From Klebsormidium nitens (taxonomy: Eukaryota > Plantae > Klebsormidiophyceae), in contig DF237274.1 in NCBI GenBank assembly GCA_000708835.1, positions 1-64,000 on the forward strand: a stretch of 64,000 nt of DNA. Direction: 5' to 3'. This document shows, piece by piece, positions 24,209 through 37,930 of this stretch. The translations under genes were made by a program, and so were the position numbers. The notes under the pieces were generated by a model. The model saw only the letters and a program-made list of their open reading frames with translations. It was not told the origin of the DNA and made no database searches. The stretch's first letter is position 1, and the number at the start of each line of letters is the position of its first letter.

Positions 24209-27200
24209 TCACGACTTCTCTTTACTCCCCGCCTCTTTCGTTTTCGGATACTTGCTTCCATCGCCGAAGTCTCGGTCATCCTCGGCTGTTGCTACTGCAT
24301 CCTCCACAAGCGTGGTCACATACGCTTGCGCCAAGTCCTCATCACGACTCACACCCGACACGAGCCCCTCATTCGAGCCTTCCTTAAACGCCGCCTCTCC
24401 TTCTTTCGCTAACTCGCTCCTCACAGACCGCGCCATCGACTCCAAGACATCCCCCGGGTTCTGCGCACTCTGCATTAGGAACGCCGTTCCGTCAAGCCCC
24501 GTCCTCTGGCGCTTGGCCGGCGAGCCCCGCAGATACGCGTCGCTCAGCGGCCGCTGAGGCCCCGCTCCAGCCTGTGCCGCTTCGTCCTGGGCTATCGTCG
24601 CCTCCCACCGCGCGCGCTCCTCCTCCGACAGAGCCTCCTGCCAGCCCTCCTCCCTGTCCGCCTGCCGCTGCCTCACGCCCGCCGAACGTGGCCCCCCACC
24701 GCCGCCCCCGCCGCCGCCGAGCATCTGCGCCACCATGGGCATCATCCGTGACATCATGTTGCCGAGATCAGGAGCGTCACCCGCGCCACCGTCAGCATCG
24801 TCCCCGATCACCTGCCGCATCATCTGGTCGGCCCCCGGGTTGTTCATGAGCTGCCCGAGCACTCCCCCGAGGCCGCCCCCCCCGCCGCCCTGCCCGCCCA
24901 TGGCTTGCATGACGGAACCCATGATGTCACCAAGGGCCGGGGGAGTGCCCCGAGGAGGGGCCAAGGGGCCGGCGGCGGGGCCACCCTGCAGCATCTGGGT
25001 CAAGGCGGACAGACCGTCCCGGCCCTGCTGCTCAGTGCGGGGCGCCGGGCGTCGGCGCGACTGCAGGGACAGATCCGCGTGACGTAAGCGACGACGGAAC
25101 TAGGCGCCCTGAGTGACCTAAGCGCCACGAACAAAACGTCTGAAGCTCTTGAGTGCTGCCCACAAGAGCATCATCACCACTCGACAGCAACAAGCGGAGG
25201 TCGACCGCTCATCATCGGTAACCAGAGACTCTAGTCCAGAGGCTTACGCGGGGTGGCAGAGGCTGCAGTCCCGTCCCGCCCAAGCCCATCGGAGCGCTCC
25301 CGCCTCCGCTCGAAGCCTCCGGAGCGGGCTCCGCGCCACTTCCGACAGCCGCAGACTCCTTCTTTTCTTGCGACTCCTCCTTCTTCCCCTCGTTTGCTGC
25401 GGCCGCCTCTCCTCTGCCCTCAATACCGACTCCGCTTGCTGGCGAGGCTGCCGCACTGAGGCCCCTGTTCGCCTGATTGCCGCCCTGGTCGCTCTGCTGA
25501 CCGGTACCCCGTTCCGCTGGCGCTGCTTCCGGCGCCCCGTTTTGCGCTGCACTTGCTGGCTGCCCCTGAGAGGTTCCACCGGCTACGTTCTGGACACCCT
25601 GAGTGCTCGACTGCGTATTATTGCTGCCGCCGGGGTTGCTATCCAGCTGCGGGCCCGGCACTGCAAACGTCGTGGTTGTGGTGCGCACATTGCCCCCCGG
25701 AACCGAGACGTTGCGGGTGACGGTGACACTGTGGACTGCCGGGGGCTGCTGCGGCTGGCCGGATGGAACGCCCGGCGGAGGAGCTGGGGCGGGGAAGCGG
25801 AACTGGGAGTGTTGCTGCACCGACAAGCACGACACGGGTGTTAGGCGGATGTTGCAACAGACAACGTTGCTATACGATTGCACTTGTAGAGTGTGGAGTG
25901 CAGACGAAGACTCCGACAGACCTCTTTGGTCACTTTGGCTCAAAGATGAACAAGTCGAACTTGGGAAATGAACGACTCCAGCTAGAACAAAGATCATTTG
26001 GAAGAAATACCATGACAAGATCACAACACAAGCGCGCATACTACACTATGTGCGCAAATGTATTCACTAACTATGAGCTTACCGCATGCCCTTGCTGCTG
26101 TTGCCCTGGTTGCCCGCTGCCCCCCTCTTGCTGCTGCTGCGGTCCCCCAGTGCTTTGCGGCCCAGCATGAACCCCTGGGCCAAAATTCAGGTTCATCCCC
26201 GCCCCAGACAGCTGCTGCATAATTGGTCCTATCAGGTTCATCAGCGCAGCCCCGTCGACTGGACCCCCGATTGTCACCCCGGCTGGCGGTTGGCCGCCAG
26301 GCAGGGCCCCGGTCGGCTGAACTCTCTGCCGCGACTGGCCCTGCTGTGCGGACGTCCCGGTTGGCCCCGCAGTCTGTCCACTGCCCGAAAGCCCGTTTCC
26401 GCCCTCGGTTGTGCGATTCACACCCGCGCGCCGCTCTCCGTCAGCCGAAGCTGCCGCAGCGGATTGCGTACCAAGGGGTGCATTTGGTCCACCGTTTGCG
26501 GGTGGCGCCGCCCCCCCATGCGGCGGCATGAACGCCCCGAGCAGGCTCCCCAGCAGGTTCTGCATCTGTTGACTCTGCGCCTGCTGCTGCTGCGCCTGCG
26601 CCGCCTGCGCGCCCTGATACGCCTGCTGCAGCGTCGTGGTCGTCGCGTTGCCCGGCACCGACCCCACGAAGACGCTCCCGGCGGGGGGACCCCCCTGGAG
26701 CGGCGCGAGCGTGCCGTTCGGCAGCAGCTGCATCATGACCCCCCCGTTGGGGCCCACCGCCTGGCCCCCCCCTTGCGGGTCGCCCATCTGAACGCCGATG
26801 CCGCCCGGGGCGTACGCCCTGGGGGCTCCGTGCTGCTGGGGCGCGAGCTGAAAAACCACCTGGGCCGGGGTACCGGGCACTTGGAGGGGGACCGCGGGCG
26901 GTGCCCCCTGGACTTGAAAAACGACGGCGTTGGGAATTTGGACCTGTGGGGGCTGGGGGAGGGGAACGCCAGCGCTGGGGGGGTTGGTGAGGCCCTGGAG
27001 GATGCCGGTGTTGGAGATGTAGAAAGGAGAGGCGGCATTCACTGCAGCCTGGCCCTGCAAGGAAAGTAGAAGGGGAGTGTCAGTCACGAGTGGTCTGCTA
27101 TCGTGATAGCCAGGTGCGAATGAATCGGCGTCTCTAAGCCCACAGTTATATCGTCGACCTGTCCTCTTGGCAAGGACCACTCGATAAAGTCGTTATGCAT

Positions 27201-30200
27201 TTTCAGCAGAGACCAGCTGTCATCAGACGGCTCGTCAGCAGTTCTGTTGGACAATCCCTCGACCCTGGAAACACTTCAACTCAAGAACCAGCTGATGCTC
27301 CATCTCTGAGAAGCGGCCTGCAAGCGCATCGTCCAGCTCGACTTGGAACAGTTGCACCTGTGCTCGAAGTCCGACTGTGTGAAGTCTAAGAGAAACCTCT
27401 GAGTTTCGCACGTTTCGCCCAACCTGGCCGCTTGACGAGACTATATTCTGCGGCTTTCGCAACTACAGATTCGACCGTTCCAACTCTTGGTCCAACAGAT
27501 CAAAAGGCTCAACGTCTGTGATCGGCCCAGTCAGTTCAAAGCTTGTCGTGATGGTCGTATGAAAAGCAAGTGGCCCAATCAAATCTCATAACTTTGGAGC
27601 TCACCCTCTTTAGGAGCTCTGCCTGTCTAAATCACAGAACACTCAGCAAAAAACGTCACGTTCAAGTTACTTCAACATTTCAACTCGACTTGAATAACGT
27701 ACCGGCTCTGTGTTGAGGTTGACGGATCTGGTGGCCCGTCCCAGCTCCAGGAGGAGCGCTCCCAGGCCTTGTAGCAGACTTCCCCCAATCTGCAGATCAG
27801 CCTGCATGGAGCCGCGATCGCCAGGGTCCACGATGGAGGCCTCGTTCGCAAGCCGCTCGTGCATAATCTGCAGACACCCAGCTGCGATGTCAGGCTTGAT
27901 GCTTCCGCACATGCGGCAGGCTGGGGGGAACGTGGTTCTCACGGCGCAAAACATTCTGGAGCACACCCCCCCTCCCAACCAGCGGCGTCTTTACTACCTG
28001 AACAACAGGTTGCAAGGTTCCAAAGGTCAACAACGGGACAAGCAGTACGCTCAAAAGAAACTTTAAAGGCTCTGTGACAGATTTGAGGCAACAAAGAGAA
28101 AGCGACGAACAGCTCACCGAGAGGAGCGGATCCCCCTGTTGCTGCAGCAGTGTCTGCGTCCTGCCCAGCAGCCCTGCCAAGAGCGCACTTCTGGACGAAG
28201 CATTGGCAGCGTTTCTGCCGCCGCCCGGAGCTCGGCCCCCACCCTGCGCGCCGGTCGCAGCGGGGGCGGGGACCGTAGCAGCAGGAGCTGGCACCGGCGG
28301 AGTTGCAGCATTCCCTTCATCTGCAAGCAGAAAGAAGGGGTGGATGATTCAGCTGCAAAGCTGTGCGAGCATGCCTCTGCACCTCAACATGGGGGACGAG
28401 AATAAGGATGGAAATAACCGATGCAAACTCTCAAACAACACCTTTACAAGATGAGTGTGCTCAGTTTGTTCCAAGGTGCCAAAGTGAGCCCCGAAGGTCA
28501 ACTTGCCTGACTGCTTAGATGCCACCACTTACCTGGGGCACCGTTGGAGGCGCTCGGGGCGGTGGAGGTCGAGGCGCCTGTAGCGCCACCCGCTGTCGCA
28601 GTGGTCGCAGCTCTTGGTTGAGGTGGTGAAAGGTTCCCTGGAGCTGTGCTACCGTGCTGGCGCATAACATCAACTGCGAGAACGTGGTGCAGGACTCAAC
28701 ACAAGCTCCCCCTCTTCTTTCTTTACACTCAAGAACAAGCAGATGCATGCCTCCGCAGTCTCAACGCTGAGAGAAACAAGCATATGAAAATACGGAGAAA
28801 GGGGCAATCTCACACAACAATCCACGTTCAGCACATACAATCACAATACTCACTGTGTGCCTGCATTCGCCTCTCAAGGTGCCTCATGAAGTTGCTCATT
28901 ATCGACAGAGTGTCCCCTCGGCCCCGCGCTCCCTGTCCGGGCGTTCGGCTCGGCGCAGCCACTGGGACGGCCCTGGCTGGCTGAAAGCCCTGTCCGGCGA
29001 AGGCGGCATTCGGGATGTCAAAGTGCATTTCGATGGTGCGGGTTTCCACGTCTCCTGTGGCACCGGCACCGACCGCCTGCCCCAGAGGACCGAAAGCTGA
29101 GGGGACTGGGAGGCCGCCTGCCATGCCGAAGGTGCTGAAGACTGATGAAAGGATCTGCATGACAAGACAGAAGCTGTGTCATACAGAGGTTGGCATCGAA
29201 TGCTGTGCAGAAGCTGCATCATACAAACAATGACATTGAAAGTACGAAAAGTGGGGTACACGTTTCTGGTGAAGGTGGTTCTAGCTGCAAGCCACAGGAT
29301 GGAACAAAGAAGAGTCGCCACAAGCACGGCACCAAAATGGACATTCAACAACTTGGAGAGCATTTTGAGCTACATCCCTGCCAAGCATACTCTGTGCATA
29401 GGCTCCTGCTCTAAAATTGCTTACCTGATCGAGGTTTGGGATACCCTCCGCCCCATCAATTGCAATGGAGCCCAAGATGTGCGACGTGACGTCCTGCTGC
29501 CCCAGCTCCTCAAGCGGTGGGGGGCCTTCATCATCTTCTGCAACACAACAACGGCAATCAATATCTGCTGCCTTGTATTCCATTATTCCCTGATTACTTG
29601 CACGCAGTAAGCTCGAAGAACAGCTGCTGCAAACTGAGCTGCCAGCAAATTGAGGACATGAGTTTCAAGACGATGAGCAGGGAGAGTTGTTCAATGAGCG
29701 GAATTTTTACCTTCATTCTGGGGAGGGGGCTGGCGGGCTACAAGATGAAGCACGTGCCCGTCCTCAATGTTGTAATCCGAGACTGTCTGGTCATCTTTCA
29801 GAACCCTCCCCCGGTAGATGAGGCGCTGCGACTCCACTGGACATCCACCATTTTCTGCAACCTTCGCTTTCAAGTCTGGAACGGAGGCCTGCAGCGGAGA
29901 TGCTTAAATCAATGACAACTGCGCTGGTCAGTGTAGATGCAGTTGCTTCAGTCTTCACTGAAGCGGAGGCAATTCCCGACTATGCATCAACCCATAGGCG
30001 CCCAGATTTGACTGATCCACCACACCTAGAAAACACATGGGCAGGAAGTCCATATTCTAAGAACCGCCTGATGTCATCAAAGAAGCCCAATAACTATCAA
30101 TTTCAACACCTCAATGTCGATCATCTAAACTCATGCTGACAAGCGGTCCCCCAAAAGTTGCAACACAGAACTGACAAAGGCATGGTCTCCAACGCGGCAA

Positions 30201-30295
30201 CTTACATTCTTGTTGACATGCACAGCGAACTCCTGTGCATCCAAAGTCTTGATCTTCAGCTCCAAAACATCGGGAGATCTTGCAGCCTCGGCCAT
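24209..30295 (-). CDS. BAG6: BAG6/Scythe-like ubiquitin-like-domain protein, multi-exon
   Basis: N-terminal UBL (LELKIKTLDAQEF...QRLIYRGRVLKDDQTVSDYNIEDGHVLHLVAR), a long Gly/Pro/Gln/Ala-rich middle, and C-terminal ARWEATIAQDE...QRPLSDAYLRGSPAKRQR. Confidence 0.8.
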
Positions 30296-30892
30296 GCTGC
30301 GAGGTGCCAGCAAAAGTTGCACAGCACCAGGCAGAAGGTGCAATCGTTCAAGAGGGCCTTCCCTCCAATGAAGCGCAGGTATCCCCCGTCGTGCAATAGA
30401 CTCACATACACACGGTTAAAGCGCCAAAGGCTACAGGAATGAGCAGAGGCGCAGCACGCTCATGCCAATACTAATAGACCTGTACGTTCGATCTGCATCA
30501 GCAACCCTAGCTCGCGCTTTGCTTCCTCAGAGTCATTGACATGAGTCATGGGCTGTTCTCGAAGCTTCGAGAATTGGTTTAACCCTCTGAAGTTAACCCC
30601 TCCCGTCCGGTGAGCATGCCCGCCGCGGTATGAAACGGCTAATATGCGAGTCGAGAACTGAATAGTTTGGGGCAGTCTCCAGTTGGCGCCGTCGCTTGTC
30701 GCGATAGACGCCAAGGCGGGTTGCCCTGTTTCTCATTCCTTGGTTTGACTAACCATATTACTTTGCTGCTTGTGAAGGCCGCGTCAGATATACATGCACG
30801 CGAGCGCTAGCGCAGTCCAAGCCGCAAGCGCTTGTGCTGTGCCACCGCTGCGTTGAATGCATCATTCATCAGCGCGCTAGCTTCCAACGAAA

Positions 30893-33558
30893 ATGGGCAA
30901 GAATGGCGGCAAGCATCGGAGAGAGAAGAACAACGGCGACATCGAATTTCCCACGGAAGAAATTGCACAGCAGGAGGTGGCAGGCGTGTCCAAACCTCAT
31001 CGTAAGAGCAAGAGCAGGAATGCCGCAACTCACGAAGCAGATGCTTTAAGCGGGCCCTCCAAGTATTTGCTCGCTAGCACGGAGGGGTCCAGCACTGAAA
31101 ACAAGCACGCACTGTATCAAAGGGCGGTGCAGGTAAGCTGCTCCAATGTGTAAGCTGGACATGAGATCTTCAATGACAATCATTTTCTGAAAGCAGCATT
31201 CTGGGTTTCCACAAAATCTTGTTCGGCTGCAATTGGGGAAAGGCAGCTGCAAATCCTGTAGTTCCTGCCAAATTGTCGGCTCCTGGTGCAAGGAGCAAGA
31301 GCACTTTTGAGAGTGCAGGCACTGTATTTCGGGAAGCTTCTGCTGCTATCAGATGGTGGTAGTGCATTTGTTCAAAGATAAGTTAGGAAAATTGGTCGGC
31401 TTGCTCATGACTGTGTTCTTTAGCAGGCATCAAAACACTCATTTCCCGTGCCAGGGCGCCACTACGAGAGTCCCAGTGGTGGCAGCTTTGAGGTACCTTC
31501 TGAATGCACTCGATAAAGTAGTGGTGATCCTGCTTTTCTCTGCTGTACAGAGCCCCAAGGGCGACATCAGCTACCTGGTGAAGTTCTTCTTGACATACGT
31601 TGGGGGCAGGGTGCCGGTTCACCTGCGAGAGGACTTCTGCGGCACCGCTCTTATTTGGTAGGCAAAGCGTCAGCAGTGCGTACATTGCCAGCTTATGCGC
31701 CTATATTGTTGCTTTCAATGTTTTAACCCTTGATCTTGGAATACCATAACTTGTTTGAGGACCACAAGAAAGGTCAGTTACCGTTTCTCAACCACCACGT
31801 CCAACGTTCTTCGTGATTTTCTAATTAGTTGGGTGCAACATATCACCAATCTTCCTGATCAGGCCTTGGCTGTCCTGGAAGCATACATTCCTGTCGTCCC
31901 TCCATCCCGTGCACAGTTGACATTGATCTGTGTTTCCAATTTTGCGTCTTCTTCTTTCACAGCGCCGAATGGCTTCGGCCCGATGTCCGGCGGACAGCCA
32001 CCGGCCTTGACTTGGACGATGATGCGCTGCGGTGGGGCGCCAGTCACAACATCGGAAGCCTGCCCGACGGCGGCGGGGGCAGGATGTGTCTCCTCCTCGG
32101 AAATGTCCTGCAGCCCATTGAATGCGCCCAGGAGATACCCTGTGGAACGGTGGGAGAAGTTTCAGACGCTGGGGGGAAAGAGGAAGGGGCACCATGCAGC
32201 AATGAGCAAGAGATCGAGAAAGGGTCACTTCAGGAAGCGAACGGAGCGGGGGATGTGGCGGTTAGTCCCGCACCGATTGAAGGAGATTGGGAGATGGTGG
32301 GCCAGAGCCCAAAAGGGGATGCGGCTGATGTCAGCGGGACCGGCAGGCAGCTCGAATCGCTCAGTGTGAATGGGGCTGGCGAAAAGCAGCGGGGGCCAAG
32401 ACTCTCGAAACTGCACACGGCGGGGGCTGACATCATCTGCGCGTTCAACTATAGCACGTGCTGCTTGCACAGCCGCCAGGAGCTGCTGCGCTACTTCCAC
32501 CATGCTCGGAAGGGGCTGAGCAGTCGAGGGGGTGTATTTGCGATGGATTTGTACGGGGGGACGTCCTCAGAGTGCGCTCTGCGGTTGAAACGAAGATTCG
32601 GGGACTTCACTGTGAGACGTTCTTGCCTATCCGTCTATTGCTGCTTGGAGATTGCTGAGGGGAGCGCTGACCTACTCACGAAGAGGAGGCACAAGCAGTA
32701 GATGTTTGCAAGGAGTAGCGACTGCTCTTGAGGGCTGAGTCGCTCAAATGCATTGCATGTCATAGTACCTTTTGTAGCTCATCTTGGAACAGCGCGGGCC
32801 ACCTCTTCAACTGAAAAGATTCTCTGAGTGCGAGGCTCGTGAAAGATATAGAAGAATTAGCAACTCCTGCTGTCCTCTATGCAGTACACGTGGGAGCAGG
32901 AGGAGTTTGATGCCGTCACCCGGATGACGAGGATCAGCCTCCATTTTCGTTTGGAGAACACGAAGAAGACAATCAAGAATGCCTTCTCCTACCAGTGGCG
33001 CCTGTAAGCCGTTTGAAGGTTTTGATTCGATGTACGCGATTCCCGAAAGTTTGTAGAGTTCATTCCTCCCTCTGCATATTACAAGGCACCTCCGGAGCTA
33101 TGGTTTATCAGGAACTCTGGACGAAGAAAATGAGGAAGCTTTTAGGATCAGTGGCGACGAGAAGGACTTGAAGAGGAAACGGAGTTGAAATTTTCAGAGA
33201 GTACTTCGCCGGTGCAAGAACAAGTATCTGCTCACTTCTCTCAGAGGAAGGTCGAATTCCTTTTCCGTTTTGTTCGTGGCCTCAACTTCGTTGTAGGAAG
33301 CGATTCTTCTGGACGCTGAGCAAGCTAAAGCGTCTCGTCCGATCCTCCCGCTTGCGCAGATGGACCATTCCGGAAGCCCGCGAGTGCCTTCTGGAGGCTG
33401 GATTTAGCGCCGTCCACGTCTGGATGCGGGAGATGCCGGACCTCGAGGGTCACGACGAGGACGAGGAGGTCGAGGTGGATGCGAACTCCAAGTATGTGGA
33501 GTGCAAAAAGTTCTTGCAGTGCGATGCTTGGAATGCATATATCGTGGCGGTGAACTAG
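30893..33558 (+). CDS. Uncharacterised class I SAM-dependent methyltransferase-fold protein
   Basis: KHALYQRAVQ|SPKGDISYL...HLREDFCGTAL, ADIICAFNYS, GVFAMDLYGG, YTWEQEEFDAVT, FSYQWRL and WTIPEARECLLEAGF...WNAYIVAVN* are linked by canonical introns. Confidence 0.8.
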
Positions 33559-33711
33559 CTGTGCCGTCATTTTGATTGGAAGACCTAACAGAAAAGAAGT
33601 GGCCGATGTATCTAATAATGCAGGAAATGCATACATCGTGGCGGTGAACTAGCTGTGCTGTCAGTTTGATCGGAAGACCTGACAGAAAAGAATGGTTGAT
33701 GTATCTAATAA
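33532..33711 (+). repeat. ~94-bp tandem duplication of the methyltransferase last codons, stop and proximal 3' UTR
   Basis: AATGCATATATCGTGGCGGTGAACTAG...GATGTATCTAATAAT at 33532 recurs with a few substitutions at 33626. Confidence 0.9.
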
Positions 33712-34475
33712 TTCACGCAATTGAAGAGACACCCCTCCTTTCCAACACCTGTTATACTGCGACTCATGAAGAACAGCTTGCTGTGCTCCTTGTACGACAA
33801 CGTCTGTTCTTCTCTACATCTTGCCGATTTAGATTGTACTCAACATCTAGCTTCGCAGCCATTTTTTCATCTTTAATCATTGCTTAATTATCCGCATGAG
33901 TGTCAGCAGTCCAACAGTCCTGTACAAACGTTTCTTCAGCATGCACGCACACGAAGCTTTGATCATGCATATGGTGAAGTTCGTCAAGCACACAATCTGC
34001 ATCATTGGGCATACGATATATGATTCATGGATTTTCATGGTGCCACAATGCAGAAAAATCTTCAGTGATCTGCATGCATTGTACAAGAAAGGCCGAAAGC
34101 TATAAGAAACACTAAGTTTGAGCTTTGGAATTGAACTATAACGTATGACCTGGCGATAAGTGACAATAACGACACAATCTCAAATCAGCCTGCACCTTCA
34201 TGCTGGCCTGTAGATTGCAGTAACCATGATCGAGCTATGACAAAAACTCCACAAGAGGAAGTAAATAATACCTTGCATGTTCTCAGTAGCCTTATCGGCG
34301 ACTTTTCCTAACCGTTGCTCTGTAAAATCCTCGTCACAGGGCGGACCTTCAATGGGTGCCACAGGCCCCACTAGACTATGCTTTTCGCTCTGGATAGTGT
34401 GATCACTTCGCACGAGCCTATCTATGAACGAAACAGAACCAGAATGTGTACCTAAAATCAAGCAGCTGATATTTT

Positions 34476-37288
34476 CTACTCGGATCTGGCTGCCATCCGA
34501 GTGACCCTCTTGTCCTCCAAGTTGATCCCCACCATCGCCTCACCCAAATCGCAGCTAACCTCCATCAGCACCTTGGGATCTGAAGGCAGAAACAGGGTGG
34601 AATAAACAGCCAATCTCAATCAGACACATCCGTCCAATTAGAATTGATGGTGGTACAAAATCTTTCATCGCAAGGTGAAAACGAAAACCGATTTAAATAG
34701 CAAAACGGAAGACCGATTTAAATAGCAAAGCGGAAGAGATTGAGAAAGTCGCGGAAGTGATTTATGATTGTGAACCAGATGTGAACCAGATCAAGGACGC
34801 GCCAGCTTACCGTTGTAGTGCGCCACAGCTTCAACAATGGCGCGGGCCCGCTTGGCCGGATCTCCGCTCTTGAAGATTCCCTGCAGAACGGAATCAACGG
34901 TCCAATTGACTTCCATTTCCTCATGATAAAAACGAAGCAGGGAAAAGCCCGACCGTATACAAAGCAAGGAGTCCTCAAATAAACGGTTCGAAACAACAGA
35001 ATCATGGAAAAAGATTCCCTGCAGAACGGAATCAACGGTCCAATTGACTTCCATTTCCTCATGATAAAAACGAAGCAGAGAAAAGCCCGACCGTATACAA
35101 AGCAAGGAGTCCTCAAATAAACGGTTCGAAACAACAGAATCATGGAAAAATATTATTGAGGAAAGAATCACAAGCTCAAATCAGAGAAAGTACTTATCTC
35201 CAGGCAAGAGCTATCAAAGAGCGTTCTGATATCTAATCATTTGAGATTAGGAGCGCGGTGAAACAGCACAAGACTTACTGAGCCTACGAAAACGCCATCA
35301 CAACCCATCTGCATCATGAGGGCAGCATCTGCTGGGGTGGCCACTGCACAAGTAAAGGCGGATCTGTGTCAGGGGCGATTCTGTGTACGAGACCCATCTT
35401 AATTCAGCCCAGCCTTGCTGGCAGCATGCAGGCAAAGAATCGAGGAAAATGCCACATTATTAGACCAGGAGGGGGGACATGCTGCCGTTTCTTCTTTTAG
35501 AAGAGGGAAGGAATCGAGGGTGTCTTAGAAGTGAAGCTCACCTCCTCCTGCAGCAAAGTTGACAACGGGCAACCTCCCTAGCTCCTTGCACTGCCGCACC
35601 AAATCGATGGGTGCACGGATCTGCGAAAAGTCCACTTGCTTGTGAGAAGTGGAGGCAGCTGGTTATCACATGTAACATTTGCGGAGTCCAATTCAATATC
35701 ATGCTCGATCAAGAGACTTGGAATAGCTAGTAACTACCCCCACAGTCACATCTGGCAAACAACTGAGATCAGCAACTCGTTTTAAGTGATTCATAGAAAA
35801 TCCAAAAAGACAAACAACCAGCTGGACCATGCAAAGTGGTCAAACATAGAGGGTTACAAGCGCCAAAGAACTCAGAGAGGCACCAACAGGCTGGAAAGAC
35901 TCAGGTTTCAGAGAATTCATCACATACTAATTCAATCAACCAGAAGATGAGGTTTCGGAGGTTAACAGAAACAACTACTGCAACACAAGACTTATGGCGA
36001 CTTCACCACCACCCTCACCTCCTTGGCGTACACATAGAGCTCGTCATCATCCATCGTCTGCAGCTTCCTGATCTCCCCCAGGGTGGACCGCACGTGGCGC
36101 ACAGCCTCCACCACATTGCCCGTGCCGGCCTCGCCCTTTGTCCTGATCATGGCTGCCCCCTCTGCAATACGCCGCAAGGCCTCCCCAAGGTCCCGGCAGC
36201 CGCACACAAATGGCAGCTTGAAGTTGTGCTTGTTGATGTGGTGTGTGTCGTCAGCGGGCGTCAATACCTCGCTCTCATCGATGTAGTCGATGCCAATTGC
36301 TTCTAAAATCTGTGCTTCTACGAAGTGACCGATGCGAGCCTGCATTAAGAGGAGATGATTCAATGCACAGAAACCTGATTGTTAGGAGTGTATCTTTTGG
36401 GACCTGAGCTGATTGTGCGGCCTGATCTTTGGAGGACGGGGCACAATATTTCAGACGTTAGGGTTGCCATGCTTGACCACTAAAATGGGGCCTTTATCAA
36501 CCTGGTACCTTCTCCGGATCTTTTGCGAGCAAAAAGGGCAAGAGCCAAAAGTCGATGCAACTCTGTTCAGTCCTTAGAATATGATGCCCTCATGATGATC
36601 CACTCTGAGGCAAGCCTAGACTCACCTTCGCCATAACTGGAATGGTCACCGCCTGCTTGATCTCCTTGATCATAGTGGGGTCGCTCATGCGCGCAACTCC
36701 GCCCTCCCTCCTGATGTCCGCCGGCACCCTCTCCAGCGCCATGACTGTAGCATCAGGAGAGTCAGTGTTTCAAAAACCCTCTCTTTCAATCGAGACTTCA
36801 AGTTGCAAGTTGTGGCGCCACCTACAGTCATCTTGACAGCTCCTTTTACTTGGACTGAGGCACAGAAACCAAAACTTACTCAAAAGTTTCATGAAAACAG
36901 ATTAATAAACTGCTTGTGCAAAGAAGCCTTCCAAGCACACAGCATGTTGAAAAAGCCGTACCCTAAAGAGGGGCAAACTTGCCAATGAGCCGCACGGCCA
37001 GCTAAACTTATAGAGTATTTTCATTTGCAAAACAACTGCAGGCTTGTCCAGCACAAGATCGCAGGACATATGTAAGCAGAAAGAGGCTGCAAGGACAATA
37101 CCTGCCACTGCCCCAGCCTCCTCTGCAATTCTGGCCTGCTCCACGTCCACCACATCCATGATCACACCGCCCTTGAGCATCTGGGCAAGTCCCACCTTTA
37201 CCGCATAGGAATTCTTTGTGGGGGCCTTTGCATCCTTGGCCTGGTCGACATGGCCGTTGGCACCATTTGCGAGAGAGTCCCCAGCCAT
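34476..37288 (-). CDS. PDX1: Pyridoxal 5'-phosphate synthase subunit PDX1, 7 exons
   Basis: [110 protein letters not shown]; ends AARSE*. Confidence 0.98.
34678..34738 (+). repeat. ~25-bp tandem repeat in the last PDX1 intron
   Basis: AAAACGAAAACCGATTTAAATAGC / AAAACGGAAGACCGATTTAAATAGC / AAAGCGGAAGAG. Confidence 0.8.
34873..35148 (-). repeat. Near-perfect 138-bp tandem duplication covering a PDX1 3' splice site
   Basis: AAGATTCCCTGCAGAACGG... begins at both 34873 and 35011 (period 138 = 46 codons). Confidence 0.95.
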
Positions 37289-37930
37289 CGTTGCAAAAAC
37301 TTGTGAAGAGAAGAGTTCTGGCTCAGTCCTGAAGATGCTCCCTTGCGTAATCTAACTCAAAGAAAGCGACTTTTGAAAGAGAACGTCACAGGCGCCACAG
37401 GAAATCAGTTGCTGTGAAAATTGCTTTCTGGGGGGATCACATCATCGCAAGCTGGAGCTATCCTAGATCTCGCTTGAGCTTTTCCAAGAAATCCAGTTGC
37501 GTCACCGACTGCAGCAGTGTTGCACTCCCACCATTACCGCTGCGAAAGTTCGTCGGTGACGTGGCCGCTTCTTCTGTTTGCGGCTGCACCCGGGGACTGC
37601 AAGCCGCCTGCTTATGGGCTACCCGAGATTGGCTCTACCGGGCGTGTTTGCAAGCTACCGACTCAACTGTTCGCTGGTGGCTTACGTGCTGCCACATATG
37701 CGGTAACCGTTTGACGTCAATTTGCTAAGTTCGATCGGAAAGGCCCAGCTCCAGAAAACATACCTTATATGTCGCTCATGCTAGATACCAGCCCGCCAGC
37801 ATCCATGGCTGGAGGCACCTCACATCGTTGTGTTTTTCTGATCGAAAACTTGAGCTTGGCCATGAGTTTCAAAGCCGCTATTCAGAAAAGAGTCAGCCGG
37901 CCTCAAAGGTTGTCTCTCAGCCCTTAGAAC

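Noticed and set aside
26086-27069. 327-aa plus-strand ORF and similar long antisense ORFs (e.g. 4542-5366, 25149-25844, 53904-54263)
   Set aside because: Shadow frames of GC-rich exons on the opposite strand.
34476-37288. TPP riboswitch or other cofactor aptamer in PDX1 introns
   Set aside because: No CTGAGA / CCCTTTGAACCTGA-type core was seen.
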